This document shows, in pieces, positions 62,585 through 64,000 of a DNA stretch of 64,000 nt. The position numbers were made by a program, and so were the translations under genes. A model generated the notes under the pieces. That model searched no databases. It was not told the DNA's origin and saw nothing but the letters and a program-made list of their open reading frames with translations. The first letter of the stretch is position 1; every line of letters starts with the position of its first letter. Location: contig NC_019977.1 in the NCBI RefSeq assembly GCF_000328665.1, positions 1,976,011 to 2,040,010 of the forward strand. The letters run 5' to 3'. This stretch comes from Methanomethylovorans hollandica DSM 15978. GTDB lineage: Archaea; Halobacteriota; Methanosarcinia; Methanosarcinales; Methanosarcinaceae.

Positions 62585-62657
62585 ATGCGTCCTGTGGTGA
62601 ACTATTTATAAGATATGTATAGTAGCAAATGCCAAAATACAGAAAGCTACAAATATA

Positions 62658-62686
62658 AATGGCCTTTTCAATAAGGCCATTATTTT
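62658..62686 (+). terminator. Hairpin AATGGCCTT-N6-AAGGCCATT followed by a T-rich tract
   Basis: Perfect 9-bp inverted repeat between the synthetase and ferredoxin genes. Confidence 0.4.
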
Positions 62687-62746
62687 GTATGAACTGTTTT
62701 CTGAGATTTGTTGATCAATGCATCTTGAGTATTAGAGGCTTGAAAT

Positions 62747-62986
62747 ATGTCAGATTTCGTAGAAAAAAAGGATCCTTACCCGGTAATAAACATATTGGAG
62801 TGTAAAGCCTGTGGACGCTGCATAATCGATTGTCCGAAGGACGTGCTTCGGATGAGTGAATGTCTTAATGAGAGAGGATACCACTATGTGGAATATGTGG
62901 GTTCTGGATGTATAGGATGCGCTAACTGCTACTATACATGCCCTGAGCCTCTGGCAATAGAGATACACATTCCCCTCAAGGAATGA
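62747..62986 (+). CDS. Ferredoxin-type subunit of 2-oxoisovalerate oxidoreductase (VorC/D-like)
   Basis: [12 protein letters not shown] and [12 protein letters not shown]; directly upstream of vorB. Confidence 0.85.
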   Translation: MSDFVEKKDPYPVINILECKACGRCIIDCPKDVLRMSECLNERGYHYVEYVGSGCIGCANCYYTCPEPLAIEIHIPLKE

Positions 62987-63009
62987 ATTAACCTAGCGGA
63001 GTTTTCATC

Positions 63010-64000
63010 ATGGTTACACAATTAGTGAAAGGCAACACTGCAGTTGTTATCGGGGCTTTGTATGCAGGATGTGACTGTTACTTTGGCTATCCAATAACCC
63101 CTGCCAGTGAGATATTGCATGAAGCATCCTCCTATTTCCCGATGCTTGGCAGGAAGTTCGTGCAGGCGGAATCAGAGGAGGCAGCCATAAATATGGTCTA
63201 TGGCGGAGCATCCACCGGCCACAGGGTGATGACAGCCTCATCTGGCCCTGGGATCAGCCTGAAGCAGGAAGGCATTTCATACCTTGCAGGCGCAGAACTA
63301 CCCTGTGTGGTAGTGGATATAATGAGAGCCGGACCTGGCCTTGGTAATATCGGTCCTGAACAGGCCGATTATAACCAGGTGGTCAAAGGAGGAGGCCATG
63401 GCAACTACAAGAACATAGTCCTTGCTCCTAATTCCGTACAGGAAATGTGCGACCTTACCATCAAGGCCTTCGAACTTTCTTTTAAATATCGTAATCCTGC
63501 ATTTGTCCTGGCAGACGGAGTGCTGGGCCAGATGGTGGAGCCGCTGAAGTTCCCCACAATTGCGGTAGAGCCACAGATAGATACTTCCTGGGCTGTGAAT
63601 GCTACCGCGCAGACAAGACAGAACCTGGTAACTTCCATCTTCCTGGACTTCAAAAAGCTTGAAGGATTCAACAATGAGCTGCAGGAGAAGTACAAGCTCA
63701 TTCAAGAGCATGAAGTTGACTATGAAGAATATATGATGGAAGACGCCGACATCATCCTGGTGTCATATGGTATAAGCAGCCGCATTTGCCGGTCTGCTGT
63801 GGAACAGGCAAGGAAGAAAGGTATAAAGGCAGGTCTCTTCAGACCCATCACCCTTTTCCCCTTCCCTGAAAAAGAACTGCTCACATTGGCACAAGCAAGA
63901 GATTGCACATTCATCTGCGTGGAGATGAGCAATGGGCAGATGAAAGATGATGTACTGCTTGCAACAAAATGCCTGCGACCTGTTGAACTTGTGAACAGGC
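63010..64000 (+). CDS. vorB: 2-oxoisovalerate:ferredoxin oxidoreductase subunit (VorB), truncated by the window end
   Basis: MVTQLVKGN...[11 protein letters not shown]...QAESEEAA...[11 protein letters not shown]...VKGGGHG. Confidence 0.88.
   Translation, partial: MVTQLVKGNTAVVIGALYAGCDCYFGYPITPASEILHEASSYFPMLGRKFVQAESEEAAINMVYGGASTGHRVMTASSGPGISLKQEGISYLAGAELPCVVVDIMRAGPGLGNIGPEQADYNQVVKGGGHGNYKNIVLAPNSVQEMCDLTIKAFELSFKYRNPAFVLADGVLGQMVEPLKFPTIAVEPQIDTSWAVNATAQTRQNLVTSIFLDFKKLEGFNNELQEKYKLIQEHEVDYEEYMMEDADIILVSYGISSRICRSAVEQARKKGIKAGLFRPITLFPFPEKELLTLAQARDCTFICVEMSNGQMKDDVLLATKCLRPVELVNR

Noticed and set aside
1..64000. In-frame UAG (pyrrolysine) readthrough genes, expected in Methanosarcinaceae
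   Set aside because: No methylamine methyltransferase or clear readthrough candidate seen; the stops in pseudogenes come with truncations or frameshifts

Overview
Archaeal chromosome segment from a methanogen of the Methanosarcinaceae (Methanomethylovorans/Methanolobus/Methanosarcina-like, inferred from gene content and protein sequences). The core is the minus-strand ribosomal superoperon (rpl3 to rpl15, secY, adk, DUF106, cmk, cbf5, tRNA-Ser) and the rps13-rps4-rps11-rpoD-tRNA-Leu operon. Flanking housekeeping genes include a flippase, a GT2, a type IV pilus-like ATPase/TadC pair, uppS, nudC, iorAB, proAB, cca, ogg, ADP-GK/ADP-PFK, argJ/argC, an acyl-CoA synthetase and vor genes. There are two accessory zones. 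(1) A decayed ~4.5 kb element at the 3' end of tRNA-Ser(GGA) (~14.2-18.8 kb) carries an integrase remnant, a HicA-like remnant, an intact Fic gene preceded by four phased palindromes, an AT-rich PIN-like nuclease gene and a ~620-nt non-coding tract packed with hairpins; this tract is the most unusual feature of the window. (2) The ~50-60 kb zone has an AlbA_2/HATPase gene, a large DNRLRE/PKD surface protein, two copies of a ~100-bp MITE, an IS1634 fragment, a complete DDE IS with a 6-bp target duplication plus an inverted remnant, and a TnpB right-end/omega-RNA remnant. Candidate structured leaders precede rps13 and rpl3, and the cbf5 stop codon lies inside tRNA-Ser. All calls are from reading the sequence; no database searches were run.
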